A DNA stretch of 64,000 nt from Deltaproteobacteria bacterium (GTDB lineage: Bacteria; Desulfobacterota_D; UBA1144; Nemesobacterales; CSP1-2). The stretch's first letter is position 1. Every line of letters starts with the position of its first letter. Below, piece by piece: positions 25,504-35,985 of the stretch. The translations under genes were made by a program, and so were the position numbers. The stretch spans positions 160,001-224,000 of the forward strand of contig JBQTHB010000006.1 of the NCBI GenBank assembly GCA_052390235.1. The letters run 5' to 3'. The notes below the pieces were generated by a model. It was not told the DNA's origin, did not search any database, and saw nothing but the letters and a program-made list of their open reading frames with translations.

Positions 25504-26736
25504 ATGAGCTATGTGAAAGGACTCAAGTGCAGAGAGTGCCAAAGCGAATACCCAAAATCTCCGATTCATGTCTGCGAGCTGTGTTTCGGTCCCCTCGAAG
25601 TGGACTATAACTACGAGGAGATAAAAAAAGTCCTCTCGCGCAAGACCATCGAGCAGAGAGACTACAACATCTGGCGCTATAAAGAGCTTCTGCCGATTGA
25701 CGGAGAGCCGACCGTAGGGAGCCACGTCGGGTTCACTCCGCTTCTCAGGGCGAATAACCTGGCGCGGGTGCTTGGGGTAAAAGAACTCTACATTAAAAAC
25801 GACGCCGTCTGCTTCCCCACGCTCTCGTTTAAAGACCGCGTCGTGTCGGTGGCGCTATCCAAGGCAAAAGAGTTTGGGTTTAAAACCGTAGCCTGTGCCT
25901 CTACCGGGAACCTCGCCAACGCGGTGTCGGCCCTTTCCTCCTATGGCAGGCTTGAGAGCTACATCTTCATCCCGCGAGACCTCGAACAGGCAAAAATCAT
26001 CGGCACTTCCATTTACGGAGCGACACTCATCGCAATCGAGGGCAGCTACGACGACGTGAATCGCCTCTGCAGCGAGGTCGCCGGAAAATTCGGCTGGGGG
26101 TTTGTCAACATAAACCTGCGCCCCTACTACGCCGAAGGCTCGAAGAGCTACGGCTTCGAGATAATGGAGCAGATGGGATGGCGCACTCCAAAACACATAG
26201 TCATCCCAATGGCAAGCGGCTCGCTCCTTACCAAGATTTGGAAATCAATTAAGGAATTCAATATGCTCGGATTGGTAGAGAAATCCGACGTGAAAATATA
26301 CGGAGCGCAGGCGACGGGTTGCTCCCCAATAGCGGCGGCCATAAAAAACGGATGGGAGACATTCAAACCCGTCAAGGCAAGCACCATCGCCAAATCCCTC
26401 GCCATAGGAAACCCCGCCGACGGATACTACGCCATTAGCGCGATGAGAGAGGGCGGCGGATTCTCCGACGACGCCTCGGATGAAGAAATAGTCGAAGGGA
26501 TGAAAATCCTAGCCGAAACCGAGGGGATATTTACCGAGACCGCGGGCGGCGTTACTGTAGCTGTAACGAAGAAACTCATTGACAATGGCGTCCTTCCAAG
26601 AGATGAGTCAATAGTCGTGTGCATCACCGGAAACGGGCTTAAAACCCAAGACCCGCTCGTCGAGAAGGTGTCGAAACCGCACATCATCGGCGGGAAATTA
26701 GAAGAATTTGAAGAGCTTTACGCGAGAATCAAATAG
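25504..26736 (+). CDS. thrC: Threonine synthase family PLP enzyme with an N-terminal Zn-ribbon
   Basis: CREC..CELC; PTLSFKDR (PLP lysine), CASTGN, EGSKS, ITGNGLK; TTGACA-N17-TAATTT upstream (25442-25470). Confidence 0.85.
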   Translation: MSYVKGLKCRECQSEYPKSPIHVCELCFGPLEVDYNYEEIKKVLSRKTIEQRDYNIWRYKELLPIDGEPTVGSHVGFTPLLRANNLARVLGVKELYIKNDAVCFPTLSFKDRVVSVALSKAKEFGFKTVACASTGNLANAVSALSSYGRLESYIFIPRDLEQAKIIGTSIYGATLIAIEGSYDDVNRLCSEVAGKFGWGFVNINLRPYYAEGSKSYGFEIMEQMGWRTPKHIVIPMASGSLLTKIWKSIKEFNMLGLVEKSDVKIYGAQATGCSPIAAAIKNGWETFKPVKASTIAKSLAIGNPADGYYAISAMREGGGFSDDASDEEIVEGMKILAETEGIFTETAGGVTVAVTKKLIDNGVLPRDESIVVCITGNGLKTQDPLVEKVSKPHIIGGKLEEFEELYARIK

Positions 26737-26754
26737 TTAAGGAGGTAATAGAGA

Positions 26755-27039
26755 ATGCCCTCTGTGCGAATTCCCACTCCGCTGAGGAGACTTACCGGAG
26801 ATAGAGACGAAGTGAACATAAGCGCCGCAAATATTGCCGAGCTTATCGTAGAACTCGAAAAGCAGTTCCCCGGAATAAAAGACAGAATCTGCGACGACAA
26901 AGGAGCCGTGAGGAGATTTATAAATCTCTATGTCAACAACGAGGACATCCGATTCCTGAGCGGATTAGATACCGCCCTAGCCGACAGAGATATAGTATCA
27001 ATTATCCCAGCAATTGCTGGCGGCGGGGTTTGCGTATAA
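26755..27039 (+). CDS. MoaD/ThiS/CysO-type ubiquitin-like sulfur carrier with a C-terminal extension
   Basis: VRIPTPLR..RFINLYVNNEDIRFL..VSIIPAIAGG followed by GVCV. Confidence 0.9.
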   Translation: MPSVRIPTPLRRLTGDRDEVNISAANIAELIVELEKQFPGIKDRICDDKGAVRRFINLYVNNEDIRFLSGLDTALADRDIVSIIPAIAGGGVCV

Positions 27040-27125
27040 ATCAAATTTAAAACCGATTGAGAGATGGGGGGGGATGGGAGCGGCGCTCCCCTGCCCATCC
27101 GCTGAAATTTTTAAGGGACTGCGCC

Positions 27126-28223
27126 CTAGCCAAGCAACTCGCGGAATTTATCGAAGAAGTTCTTTACTCCGGGGTTCTCATTTCCCTCGCCAGCCTTGGC
27201 GAATTCCTCCAAAAGCTGTCTCTGTCTGGAGTTGAGTCTCACCGGCACTTCCACCAGAACCTTGATGAATAAATCCCCCTTGCCCCTGCCGTTTATTATT
27301 GGCGCGCCCTTTCCCTTGAGTTTGAACGACTGCCCCGTCTGAGTTCCCGCCGGGATCTTGATTTCCGCCCTGCCTTCGAGGGTTGGAATCTCGATTTCCG
27401 CCCCCAGAGCCGCTTGGACGAAGCTTATCGGCACGTCGCAGAGAATGTCCTTTCCCTCGCGCTTGAAGAGCGTATGCTCTTTGACGAATATCTCAACGTA
27501 AAGGTCGCCGTTCGGGCCTCCGTACAGACCCGACTCGCCCTCGGAGCGGATTCTGAGCCTTGAGCGGTTATCCACCCCGGCTGGAATCATGACCTTGACC
27601 CTCTGTTCGGTGGTTATGAGTCCTTCGCCTCGGCAGGTGGCGCAGGCTTTTTTGATAATCCTGCCCGTCCCCCCGCAGTTTGAGCAAGTCCTGCTGATAG
27701 CAAAAAACCCCTCAGAGTATTTTATTGTCCCCCTTCCGGCGCACATGAGGCAGGTCATCTCTCCGCCGGGAGCCGCCCCTGTGCCGTTGCACTCCGAGCA
27801 GAAACTGCGCTTAGGCACGACCAGTTCCTTTTCGACTCCGAAAACCGCCTCCTCAAATGTTATTTCAAGGTTGTATTTCAAGTCTCTGCCCCGCTCTCGC
27901 CCTCCGCCCTGCCTTCTGCCGGCGGTGAAAACCTCGTCAAAGAGATTGCCGAACAGGTCGTTGAAGTTGCGCGAGAAATCCGTATCAGACAAACCGTCGC
28001 CACCGGACATCTGCCCGAAACTGTCGTACTGAGCGCGCTTATCGGGATTACTGATTACCTGGTAGGCTTCGTTTATCTGCTTGAATTTCTCCTCGGCTTC
28101 GGAGTTGCCTGGGTTTCTGTCGGGGTGGTATTCAAAGGCGAGTTTTTTATAGGCTTTTTTGACCTCTTCTTGATTTGCGCCTCTGTTCACGCCTAAAATT
28201 TCGTAATAATCCGCTTTTGCCAT
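27126..28223 (-). CDS. dnaJ: Chaperone DnaJ
   Basis: J domain with HPD; four CxxCxGxG repeats. Confidence 0.97.
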   Translation of the reverse strand: MAKADYYEILGVNRGANQEEVKKAYKKLAFEYHPDRNPGNSEAEEKFKQINEAYQVISNPDKRAQYDSFGQMSGGDGLSDTDFSRNFNDLFGNLFDEVFTAGRRQGGGRERGRDLKYNLEITFEEAVFGVEKELVVPKRSFCSECNGTGAAPGGEMTCLMCAGRGTIKYSEGFFAISRTCSNCGGTGRIIKKACATCRGEGLITTEQRVKVMIPAGVDNRSRLRIRSEGESGLYGGPNGDLYVEIFVKEHTLFKREGKDILCDVPISFVQAALGAEIEIPTLEGRAEIKIPAGTQTGQSFKLKGKGAPIINGRGKGDLFIKVLVEVPVRLNSRQRQLLEEFAKAGEGNENPGVKNFFDKFRELLG

Positions 28224-28271
28224 TATAGCTTACACCTTTGAACCGATGATAGTTGAGAGATTTACCGCGTC

Positions 28272-30077
28272 CTATTTCTGATTGCTGTATATAAAATCCG
28301 CGAATTTATAGGAGGAGTCCCTAAGCTGGTTGAGGGCGTATTTTATGTCCGAATAATCGTCCCCTTCGATAACGCTCTTGAGTTTCACGACGCACTCTTC
28401 TATCTGCATTCGCGTCTCGCTCTGGGCTTTATGCCCATAAGCCTCAAGCGTTCTCTCGACGGAATAGCAAAAATTCTCCGCCTCGTTTTTGAGCATTGCA
28501 AGCTCCCTTCGCTTGCCGTCCTGCTCGGAGGTGCGTATCGCGTCGTCAACAAGCCGCCTCACGCTCTCGTCCTCTACGCCCATCGTGGGAACTACGTCTA
28601 TGGCTTGTTCCTTGCCCGTGCCTAAATCCCTTGCAGAGACGTGAATAATGCAGTCGGCATCCACCTCGAAGGAGACCTCGATTTGGGGAAGCCCCCTCGG
28701 AGCCGGAGGGATTCCAATGAGATTGAACTTCGCGAGAGAGATATTGCTGTCAGCCATGTCCCTCTCGCCCTGAAGCACATGAACCGACACATAGTCCTGA
28801 TTGTCAACGGCTGTGGTGAAGACCCTGCTTCTCTTCGTGGGAACCGTGGTGTTTCTCTCAATAATTTTTGTAAATAGCCCGCCCCTCGTTTCAACCCCCA
28901 ACGAGAGAGGAACTACGTCGAGCAGGAGAATTTCATCAATTTGCCCCTCTAGCACTCCGCCCTGAATTGCCGCGCCGACTGCGACGACTTCATCGGGGTC
29001 AATTCCTTTTTGCGGCTCTTTTTTGAAAATCTCCCGGACTTTTTCCTGCACTTTCGGCATTCGGGTCATGCCCCCCACGAGTATGACCTCGTCAATTTGA
29101 GCGGGGGTGAGCTTGGCGTCCCGAAAAGCCTGAAGGCAGGGTTCTTCGAGCTTTTGGATGAGGTCGGCGACGAGTATCTCGAATTCAGCTCTGGTGATGG
29201 TGTAGTTGAGGTGTTTGGGCCCCTTTGCGTCAACGGCTATGAAGGGGAGGTTAACACTCGCCTCAAAGTGGGAGGAGAGTTCGTGCTTCGCCTTTTCGCA
29301 CGCCTCGCGGATTCGCTGAAGGGCGATTCTGTCCTGTCTGAGGTCAACGCCGTTTTGGTTTTTGAACCTCTCGATGAGAAACTCGATGAATTTATAGTCG
29401 AAGTCATCCCCGCCGAGGAAATTATCGCCGTTCGTGGATTTAACCTCGAACACGCCGCCGGTCATCTCGAGAACAGTTATATCGAAAGTGCCGCCGCCTA
29501 GGTCAAAAACCGCTACTTTGTGACTCCCGCCTTTATCTAGCCCGTAGGCAAGGGCGGCAGCAGTCGGCTCATTTATAATGCGTCGGACGTTGAATCCGGC
29601 GATTCTGCCAGCCTCTTTGGTAGCTTGACGTTGAAAATCGTTGAACTGAGCGGGTACGGTGATGACGGCGTCGCTCACCTCGTATCCGAGATAATCCTCG
29701 GCTATCTGCTTCATCTTAAGAAGCACCATAGCGGATATTTCTTGGCAGTTATAGGGTTTTCCCTCGATTTCAATGAGCGCCTCACCGGAAGTCGCGGGTA
29801 TGACCCGGTAGGGGATTAAGCCCTTCAGCCTCTGCAACTCAGGGGAGTCGTAGCGTCTGCCGATGAGCCTCTTCACTCCAAACACGGTGTTGTGGGCGTT
29901 CATCACGGCCTGCCGCTTGGCGACCGCTCCGGCAAGGGTGTTTTTATCATCGCTGAAAGCCACGACTGAAGGCGTAATCCTGCTCCCCTCTTCGTTGAGA
30001 ATAACCACAGGGCTCCCGCCTTCAATTACGGCTACGCAGGAGTTTGTTGTGCCAAGATCAATTCCGAGTATCGCCAT
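28272..30077 (-). CDS. dnaK: Hsp70/DnaK paralogue (601 aa, short C-terminus)
   Basis: [40 protein letters not shown]. Confidence 0.93.
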   Translation of the reverse strand: MAILGIDLGTTNSCVAVIEGGSPVVILNEEGSRITPSVVAFSDDKNTLAGAVAKRQAVMNAHNTVFGVKRLIGRRYDSPELQRLKGLIPYRVIPATSGEALIEIEGKPYNCQEISAMVLLKMKQIAEDYLGYEVSDAVITVPAQFNDFQRQATKEAGRIAGFNVRRIINEPTAAALAYGLDKGGSHKVAVFDLGGGTFDITVLEMTGGVFEVKSTNGDNFLGGDDFDYKFIEFLIERFKNQNGVDLRQDRIALQRIREACEKAKHELSSHFEASVNLPFIAVDAKGPKHLNYTITRAEFEILVADLIQKLEEPCLQAFRDAKLTPAQIDEVILVGGMTRMPKVQEKVREIFKKEPQKGIDPDEVVAVGAAIQGGVLEGQIDEILLLDVVPLSLGVETRGGLFTKIIERNTTVPTKRSRVFTTAVDNQDYVSVHVLQGERDMADSNISLAKFNLIGIPPAPRGLPQIEVSFEVDADCIIHVSARDLGTGKEQAIDVVPTMGVEDESVRRLVDDAIRTSEQDGKRRELAMLKNEAENFCYSVERTLEAYGHKAQSETRMQIEECVVKLKSVIEGDDYSDIKYALNQLRDSSYKFADFIYSNQK

Positions 30078-30094
30078 GATTTTTTATTGAACTA

Positions 30095-30775
30095 TCAATT
30101 CAGGTCTTCGTCAATCAATTCGAGAACGTCGTCCGAGCTTCCTTCTTTCGGTTTCTGCGCCGAGCCGAAGCCGAATAGATTGCTCGCCGTAGCGGGTTTT
30201 CTCTGCTTTGAAACCGAGACCAAAGCGGGTCTAAGAAGCCTCTCTTTTAAAGTATAACCCCTCTGCGCCTCAGAGAACACCGACCCCGGAGGCATATCGG
30301 AGGACTCCACGTGCTCTATCGCCTGATGTAGCTTCGGGTCGAATTCCTGCCCTCTGGCAACCTCGATAGTTTTTACCCCGAATTTCTCAAGAGCGCTTAA
30401 AAATTGCTTATACACCAGTTTCACGCCCTCGACAATGGGTTTTGCCTCGCCACTAGCTTCGGAATGCCCAATGGCGCGCTCCATGTTATCAATAACATCG
30501 AGAAGGGTTTTTATAAGCTCCTCGTTGGCAAAAAATATCACCTCGGATTTTTCTTTGACGGCGCGTTTTTTGAAATTATCGAAATCCGCCGCCATACGGA
30601 GGTATCTCTCGTATAGGTCGGAGTATTCCTTTTTTTTTCGCTCCAACTCCTCTTGAAGTTCAAGCAAAATCGCATCTGCAGACGCCGCGCTCTGGTCTTC
30701 TTTCTGCTCGGCGTCCTTTGCCTCATTCATAAAACCGACCCACTGTCCGCCGTTTCCCCGGTCTTTATCAGTCAT
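30095..30775 (-). CDS. grpE: Nucleotide exchange factor GrpE
   Basis: YLRMAADFDNFKKR, FDPKLHQA, GYTLKERLLRPALVSV. Confidence 0.96.
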   Translation of the reverse strand: MTDKDRGNGGQWVGFMNEAKDAEQKEDQSAASADAILLELQEELERKKKEYSDLYERYLRMAADFDNFKKRAVKEKSEVIFFANEELIKTLLDVIDNMERAIGHSEASGEAKPIVEGVKLVYKQFLSALEKFGVKTIEVARGQEFDPKLHQAIEHVESSDMPPGSVFSEAQRGYTLKERLLRPALVSVSKQRKPATASNLFGFGSAQKPKEGSSDDVLELIDEDLN

Positions 30776-31796
30776 TATACTCCCCCTCGCTAACTATTTT
30801 TGTTACTATTCCAGCCGTGTAGTCCACAAGCGGGATTATTTCGGAATAATCCATGTACATGGGTCCAAACACCCCCAGCGTCCCCAATCTCCTATCCTTC
30901 CCGTAGGAGGCGGCTACGAGACTGTAGCCCGCTATACCCATCGTAGAGCCTACGAATACCTTTGTGCCGTCCTCTTTCATCACTTTATCGAGAATTTCAA
31001 CGAGGAAATCCCGCTCCTCAAAGGTCTTAAACAGCTCTCTGAAAGCCTGAGGGTTATTGGCAAAGGAATTTTCAAACATCGCCGCCTGTCCCTTTATATA
31101 GACGTCCGACGCGGATTTGCCCTCAATTTTATCGCCGAAATTAATCACTCGCTCGACGAAATCCCTGTAAATCCGCCTCTCGTCCTTGAGCCTCGTAACC
31201 ACGGAGTCTCTCATTTCATCGAGGCTCAGCCCAACGGCGAGGTTATTTAAATAATCGCTTATGCGCTCAAGCATATCGTCGGGGATGGTCTTATCCACAT
31301 TAACGAGAGTTTTCTCGGTAAGCCCGCCCTGGAATACGATAATTACGAGAATCCTCTTGCTGCCGAGCTTTACGAGCTTGGCGGATTCTATTTTCATAAA
31401 TCTCGCCCTGGGAAGCGTAACCAGCCCTGCGCAGTGCGAGATGTCCGAGAGCATTTTAGTGGTCTCATGGAGAACCTCGTCTATCGTGCCGGAGAGCTTT
31501 CTATAGCGCATTTTTATGACCACCCTCTTCTCTTCAGAAAGCTCGTGTGGATGGGGAAGGGACTCAACGTAGAGCCGGATCCCCTTTTCCGTCGGCACCC
31601 TGCCCGCAGAGACGTGCGGCTGAGCGAGATAGCCCTTGTTCATAAGCTCGGACATAGTGCTTCTGACCGTAGCCGAACTCATGTCGAGGTGATAATTTTT
31701 CACGAGCGGGGACGAGCCCACAGGCTCGGAGGTCTTGATGTACTGCTCGATAATGAGATTGAGAATTTTTTTAGCTCTATCGGAGAGTTGAACCAT
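30768..31796 (-). CDS. hrcA: Heat-inducible repressor HrcA
   Basis: YIKTSEPVGS, SSATVRS, QPHVSAGRVPT, GVFGPMYMDY. Confidence 0.95.
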   Translation of the reverse strand: MVQLSDRAKKILNLIIEQYIKTSEPVGSSPLVKNYHLDMSSATVRSTMSELMNKGYLAQPHVSAGRVPTEKGIRLYVESLPHPHELSEEKRVVIKMRYRKLSGTIDEVLHETTKMLSDISHCAGLVTLPRARFMKIESAKLVKLGSKRILVIIVFQGGLTEKTLVNVDKTIPDDMLERISDYLNNLAVGLSLDEMRDSVVTRLKDERRIYRDFVERVINFGDKIEGKSASDVYIKGQAAMFENSFANNPQAFRELFKTFEERDFLVEILDKVMKEDGTKVFVGSTMGIAGYSLVAASYGKDRRLGTLGVFGPMYMDYSEIIPLVDYTAGIVTKIVSEGEYND

Positions 31797-31827
31797 TTTA
31801 TCCCGTCGGCAAGCCTGACTCTTCAGA

Positions 31828-31855
31828 AATATAATAACTCCAGCAGGATTGTCAA
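31828..31855 (-). promoter_or_regulatory. Sigma70-like promoter for hrcA-grpE-dnaK-dnaJ
   Basis: TTGACA-N16-TATATT on the minus strand. Confidence 0.55.
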
Positions 31856-31918
31856 CGAAACGCGATGAGGCAAAATCCGCCGGATTTAAGGCATCTGTCC
31901 GGGCTTTGCGTCCCGCAG

Positions 31919-32833
31919 TTAAATCATCTCGTATGCGACGCCTTCGAGAAGCCCCCCGTCGCTCACGAGGATTTCATCCGCCCCGAAATAATCCATCGTC
32001 CTCAGCAAGACGAGCGTTCCGGGAATAATGACGTCCTCTCTGCCGCGCTCAAGCCCCCGAACGCAAAGCCGCTCCGATGCCCTCATCGCCGCAAGACGGG
32101 TAAACATCGCATCTACTTTTGCCCTTTTGAGCCGGTAGCCGTTGACCGCTTCGGCGTCGTAGCTCTCGAGTTCCAAATCAATTGCGGCAAGCGTCGTGGG
32201 AGTTCCGGCTGTGGCAATGAGGGTCAAATCCTGCGGCGAGCCGTCCATCCACGAAAGCTCCCTCGCTAGCACGCCCTCGATTTCACCTAGCACGGCGCGG
32301 ATTTCATCAGCGGTTGGAACGTCCGAGGCAATGAAACGCTCCTGCAGGTTTACGACGCCCATTTTCGCGCTGACCAGCCCCAAGATTTTGCCGCCTCCGA
32401 CGTGGATGTACTCCGTGCTTCCGCCGCCGACATCAAAGATGAGAGAGCGAGCCGATGCAGGGCTTACGGATTCAAGCACTCCGCGCACGGTGAGCCTAGC
32501 CTCCTGTTCGCCGGAAATCACCTCTAGCCTAATGCCGGTCTCTCGAAGGACGGATTCGATGAACTCAGCCCCGTTTCGGGACTCTCTGACGACACTCGTT
32601 GCTACGGCTCTCACCGCCTCGACCCCGTAGCGGCTCAAGATTTGCGAGAACCGGCGAAGGGTCTGAATCCCCCTTTGCGATGCCTCAGTGGAGATGAGTC
32701 CGTCTTTAAACCCTCCGCCGAGGCGTGTAACCGCGCGGTCAACGCAGATTGCCCTCAACCTCCCGCCGCCCTCGCTATCGGCTACGAAGAGTCTAAAGGT
32801 GTTAGTGCCTACATCAATTGATGCGACTCTCAT
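31919..32833 (-). CDS. Ppx/GppA family phosphatase (short form)
   Basis: IDVGTNT, ATSVVRE, ISGEQEA, DVGGGSTE, GLLEG. Confidence 0.93.
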   Translation of the reverse strand: MRVASIDVGTNTFRLFVADSEGGGRLRAICVDRAVTRLGGGFKDGLISTEASQRGIQTLRRFSQILSRYGVEAVRAVATSVVRESRNGAEFIESVLRETGIRLEVISGEQEARLTVRGVLESVSPASARSLIFDVGGGSTEYIHVGGGKILGLVSAKMGVVNLQERFIASDVPTADEIRAVLGEIEGVLARELSWMDGSPQDLTLIATAGTPTTLAAIDLELESYDAEAVNGYRLKRAKVDAMFTRLAAMRASERLCVRGLERGREDVIIPGTLVLLRTMDYFGADEILVSDGGLLEGVAYEMI

Positions 32834-32918
32834 ACGAAGATCCCTCGCAGTTATTAAAAACGGCGCATTCTCAAAGGTAGCCTCGGAGAAATCGCCGTGG
32901 CAATTAGCCGCAGGCCCC

Positions 32919-33428
32919 TCAGGAATTCTTATAGAGTTTCATATACCCGACGTAGTTCAGGGCGGATTCTTTAATCCCCGCGATTTCTTTCGGCGAAAGT
33001 TCCCTGCGTATCTGCGCCGGAACTCCCATCACTATCGTGCGCGGGGGAACTTTAAACCGAGGCGGAACGAGGCTTCCCGCCCCTATAATAGAATCCTCGC
33101 CAACGACAGCCCCGTCGAGAACTATCGCCCCGATGCCCACGAGCGCCCTATCCCCGACCACGCATCCGTGAAGCACGGCCCTATGGCCCACAGTTACGTC
33201 GTCCCCGATAATCAGCGGATAGACATCCCGCCTTACGTGAAGCACCGAGCCATCCTGAATATTAGTCCTCGCGCCGATGCGGATGAAGTTCACATCCCCG
33301 CGCAGAACCGACTGAAACCACACGCCCGAGTCCTCTCCTATTGTAACGTCACCTATAACCTCCGCGCTCTCGGCGATAAAGGCAGTTGGGTGAATTCTCG
33401 GCGACGCGCCTTTAAACGGTATTATCAT
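32919..33428 (-). CDS. Gamma-carbonic anhydrase family protein
   Basis: Hexapeptide repeats; RGD, NIQD, VLH and GHRAVLHG zinc histidines. Confidence 0.93.
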   Translation of the reverse strand: MIIPFKGASPRIHPTAFIAESAEVIGDVTIGEDSGVWFQSVLRGDVNFIRIGARTNIQDGSVLHVRRDVYPLIIGDDVTVGHRAVLHGCVVGDRALVGIGAIVLDGAVVGEDSIIGAGSLVPPRFKVPPRTIVMGVPAQIRRELSPKEIAGIKESALNYVGYMKLYKNS

Positions 33429-33515
33429 GAGCTATAAATATGCCACAACAGACAAAAAATCATATTGCCCAGCGCGCTGTAGCCTCTCCATCCCAAATAG
33501 CGCAATTGCCCGCCC

Positions 33516-35597
33516 TCAGGATTCGGCTTTTTTCTCCTTTTCGGCGGCTTCAATAATTTTTGCGGCGATGTGGCTCGGCACTTCCTCGTAGTGGGCGAGT
33601 TCCATCGAGAAAATCCCCCTGCCGCTCGTAAGTGAGCGCAGTTCAGGGGCGTAGGTGAGAATTTCCGCCATCGGTATCAGAGCCTTGATGAGATGCCCGC
33701 CCGATTTCGGCTCAACCCCCGCAACCTTACCCCTCCTCGCGTTGACATCGCCGATGACATCTCCTATGCAGTCCTCCGGCGTGAAAACCTCCATGCGCAT
33801 AACCGGCTCAAGAAGCACAGGCTCTGCCATTTCCATCGCCTTTTTAAATCCCATAGAACCCGCAATTTTAAACGCAATGTCCGAGGAGTCCACCGGATGA
33901 TATTTCCCATCGAAGAGTATCGCCCTCACGTCCACCACCGGATACCCCGCGACAATCCCCCTAGCCATCGCCTCATGCACGCCCTTCTCTACGGACGGAA
34001 TATAGTTCTTCGGCACTACCCCGCCTACTATTCTATCCGCGAACTCAAAGCCCCCGCCCTTGGGAAGCGGCTCTATTTCGAGCCAAGCATCTCCGTACTG
34101 CCCCCTGCCTCCTGTCTGCTTTATATACTTCCCCTCGGCTTTGGCAGATACCTTAATTGTCTCTCTGTAGGGGACTTTCGGAGGCTTCATGTCAACGTTC
34201 ACGCCATAGACAGTTTTTAGTTTATCCACGACGATTTCAATGTGAACCTGGCCTGAGCCGGACAGGAGAAATTCCTTTGTCTCTTCGTCGCGCCTGAAGT
34301 GGATTGTGGGGTCTTCCTCGCGGATTCTGTGGAGGGACGATAGGAGCTTGTCCTCGTCGTTTCGGGTTCGAGGCTGAATGGCGTAGGAGATAACGGCTTG
34401 GGGCATCGGCACGGGGTGAATTACTATCGGGCTATGCTCGTCCGAGAGGGAGTCTCCGGTTTCAGTGTCGCGGAGTTTATTGAGCGCGGCGATGTCGCCG
34501 AAGAGCAGAGAGTCGGCCGGAAACTGTTTTTTACCTATGACTCTGAAGGGCGAGGCTATTTTTTCGCGGGATTTTTTAGTCGAGTTATAGATTGTGGAGT
34601 CGGGCTTTATAGATCCTGAAAACACCCTGAAAATGCTCATCTTCCCCGCGTAGGGGTCGGAGAGGGTCTTATAGACGAAAGCCGAATAAGGCTCGTCGGC
34701 GGAGGGGCGTCTGTCTATCTCCTCAGATTTAGCCCCCCTTCCGGCGACGCTAGGCCTCTCAATCGGAGAGGGCAGATACCTCTCTACGGCGTCAATGAGA
34801 AAATCCAGCCCTATGAGCTTTGCCGCCGAGCCTACGAAAACCGGGGCGATTTTCGCGCTAAGCACCCCTTCGCGTAGCATCTTGCGAATCAAGTCGTTAT
34901 CGAATGTCTCGCCGCCGAGGTATTTCTCCAGCAGTTCGTCGTCCATTTCGGCTACGGCTTCGATTAATCTCTCCCTCCACGAGTCAGCCTCCCCCTGCAA
35001 ATCCGAAGGCATTGGGGCTTCAGCGCGCCTCCCCCCCTCGCCGTAGCGGTACGCCTTCATCTCAATCAAATCAATGACCCCTTTGAAGCTGTCCTCCTGC
35101 CCGATGGGAATGGTTATCGGCACGGGCTTTACCTCTAAATCCTTTTCAATGTCGGCGAGGGCGTTTGTAAAATTCGCCCGCTCCCTGTCGAGTTTATTCA
35201 TAAACAGCACCCTCGGAATCCCCATATCAGCCGCCATCTGCCAGAATTTCTCCGTCTGAGTCTTCACGCCAGAGATCGCGCTCACCATGACGACTACGCC
35301 GTCAACGATTTTCATCGCGCTTTCGGTCTCGAAAAGGAAATTCACAAATCCCGGCGTGTCCACGAGGTTGATTAGATATTCCCCGTACTCCAGAAACGAG
35401 AGGTGAGAGTTTATTGACATTTTCCGCGCCTGCTCTTCGGGGTCGTAATCCAGATGAGACGAGCCGTCGTCCACTCTGCCGAGTTTTTGAGTAGCCCCGG
35501 CGAGATATAAAATCCCTTCAGCCAAAGATGTTTTTCCCGCGCCGTGGTGAGCTATGAGGGCGACGTTTCTGACCTTCTCTCGAGCGTACTGTTTCAT
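33516..35597 (-). CDS. fusA: Elongation factor G paralogue (EF-G2 type)
   Basis: EF-G domain order; divergent G1 AHHGAGKTS and switch I RKMSI; KQTGGRGQYG, HPVDSS; start set at ATG 35597. Confidence 0.9.
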   Translation of the reverse strand: MKQYAREKVRNVALIAHHGAGKTSLAEGILYLAGATQKLGRVDDGSSHLDYDPEEQARKMSINSHLSFLEYGEYLINLVDTPGFVNFLFETESAMKIVDGVVVMVSAISGVKTQTEKFWQMAADMGIPRVLFMNKLDRERANFTNALADIEKDLEVKPVPITIPIGQEDSFKGVIDLIEMKAYRYGEGGRRAEAPMPSDLQGEADSWRERLIEAVAEMDDELLEKYLGGETFDNDLIRKMLREGVLSAKIAPVFVGSAAKLIGLDFLIDAVERYLPSPIERPSVAGRGAKSEEIDRRPSADEPYSAFVYKTLSDPYAGKMSIFRVFSGSIKPDSTIYNSTKKSREKIASPFRVIGKKQFPADSLLFGDIAALNKLRDTETGDSLSDEHSPIVIHPVPMPQAVISYAIQPRTRNDEDKLLSSLHRIREEDPTIHFRRDEETKEFLLSGSGQVHIEIVVDKLKTVYGVNVDMKPPKVPYRETIKVSAKAEGKYIKQTGGRGQYGDAWLEIEPLPKGGGFEFADRIVGGVVPKNYIPSVEKGVHEAMARGIVAGYPVVDVRAILFDGKYHPVDSSDIAFKIAGSMGFKKAMEMAEPVLLEPVMRMEVFTPEDCIGDVIGDVNARRGKVAGVEPKSGGHLIKALIPMAEILTYAPELRSLTSGRGIFSMELAHYEEVPSHIAAKIIEAAEKEKKAES

Positions 35598-35861
35598 TGT
35601 GGGATTCCTCCAGAGGGGGAGATTTTCCACTATTATAGAACCCAAGCGCAGAATTTGTAAAGGTGATTTTAATTTCCGATTAAGATTCGGCTAAAACCCG
35701 GGATATGGGATTCAGCATAGATACTCGTCATTTTGGGTCATGGTCGGGTATGGCATATCTGGCCTCCGCTCAGTATGAAGGGTCATTCTATTCGAGCGGG
35801 AGCGGCTGAGGCTGAGGTTGTGAACTCTTCACGCCTGACACACTGCGAACACCTCATTTCA

Positions 35862-35919
35862 GTCATTCCGAACTCAGAGAGGAATCTTACTTAAGATCTC
35901 TCGCCTCGCTCGAAATGAC
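35862..35919. repeat. REP-like palindromic element
   Basis: GTCATTCCGA...TCGAAATGAC terminal inverted repeat with inner ATCTTA/TAAGAT stem. Confidence 0.65.
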
Positions 35920-35985
35920 ACAGCGGGGCAGAGCGGCTCGGCGCATGACGATGATTTTATATCGCCATAAACGGACTCACATAAA

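Noticed and set aside
31797..31918. CIRCE operator upstream of hrcA
   Set aside because: No TTAGCACTC-N9-GAGTGCTAA or near match seen here or upstream of rpoH-dnaK
35700..35860. Possible gene remnant upstream of fusA
   Set aside because: No recognisable protein similarity or ORF of supportable length
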